A stretch of 64,000 nt of DNA, taken from the NCBI RefSeq assembly GCF_020745735.1, contig NW_026867509.1, positions 2,146,537 to 2,210,536 on the forward strand. The letters are read 5' to 3'. Shown piece by piece: positions 63,137 to 64,000 of the stretch; within the stretch, counting starts at the first letter, position 1; every line of letters starts with the position of its first letter. A program made the translations under genes and the position numbers. This DNA is from Hemiscyllium ocellatum (Eukaryota). Below the pieces are notes generated by a model that was not told the origin of the DNA, ran no database searches, and saw nothing but the letters and a program-made list of their open reading frames with translations.

Positions 63137-63932
63137 TGTTATGGACTAGGCCAGACCATCAAAAACATTCCTAAGTAGGCATCCCAAGACGTATCTTTGC
63201 AGTAAGTGTGCAGTGAAAATTACCCGGTGTAAGGTAGCTAGGGTGACTACTAGATTTTAAAACAAAAGCGTCACAAATTTTCACAATGAAGCACAAAAAC
63301 CGAAAAACAAATCCCCTTTAGGTCTCAACGTATCCAGCTTGCATTAACTATGCTGTCCCAATAAGCAAACTCCCTTTACAACACTGTATAAATGAAACAC
63401 ATGCTTTCAGGTTAAAGTTGAAGAGCAGAAACAAGACAGCGTTTCCACACATTCCCGTATTAAACGTCCCTGTTCAAGGCTGAATTAAAACTGCGTTGAA
63501 GATGCCAGTGTTGGACTGGAGTGTCCAAAGTTAAAAATCACACAACACCATGTTAAAGTATATTCCATAACCCCGTAATGAAGGAGCAGCGCTCCGAAAG
63601 CAAATGCTTCCATTTAAACCTGTTGGCCTTTAATCTGGTGTTATGTGATTTTGAACTAAAGTCTGCTCAGCTCAGCTGGCTAGAGAGCTGACTACTCCCC
63701 TCTCTTTACATGGGTCACTTCTAAAGCATGACCACTTTGGTCTGAAGACTCATCTCTTCACATATAAACAATGGGACTCCTAGAGTCCTTTTCATCTCTG
63801 TACTAAACCAGACTGATCGGAGTCCAGCCTGGTTTATTGCTCATATGAAAAAAAAACCAAGGGTAGCGCCTCCCAGAGCAAAGGAACAGCTTTTAGAAAT
63901 GAAGGGACTAGCTTTGTGACACCTCCTCCCTT
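63137..63932 (-). mobile_element. 3' LTR (63137-63921) and PPT of a second LTR retrotransposon continuing beyond the window
   Basis: TGTTATGG...TGTGACA termini; the adjacent cctcctccctt mirrors the PPT cctcttccctt at 37712. Confidence 0.65.
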
Positions 63933-64000
63933 AACAAAAACCCATCAATACTAAAAGATGGCTTAATTTTTCATCCTACGAAATCCCAGTAAGTAGCTTA

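Overview
Eukaryotic (cartilaginous fish, very likely a shark) genomic DNA from the T-cell receptor alpha/delta variable-region array. The centrepiece is one complete, apparently intact NAR-TCR cassette on the minus strand: leader (29365-29407), IgNAR-like V (28945-29232, 23-RSS), D (28548-28560, 12-RSS on both sides), J (28117-28169, 23-RSS), and a leaderless supporting TCR-delta V (22972-23281) with an extra CDR1 cysteine. Directly behind the supporting V is a ~60-bp-period tandem array of three 23-RSS units. The middle unit is a perfect consensus RSS and lies in frame with the V, which is the most unusual thing I found. The cassette is surrounded by about 8-9 further TCR-type V segments on both strands. 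One has an intact V exon and RSS; the rest are pseudogenes. There are also several decayed class A GPCR (GPR139/142-like) relics and dense transposon debris: CR1 LINEs, HE1/V-SINEs, Penelope-like elements, and a Gmr1-type Gypsy element with nested insertions. I saw no D-J-C of the main TCR delta/alpha cluster, no rRNA/tRNA genes and no CRISPR. All calls are by eye, from translation and motif reading; repeat boundaries are approximate.
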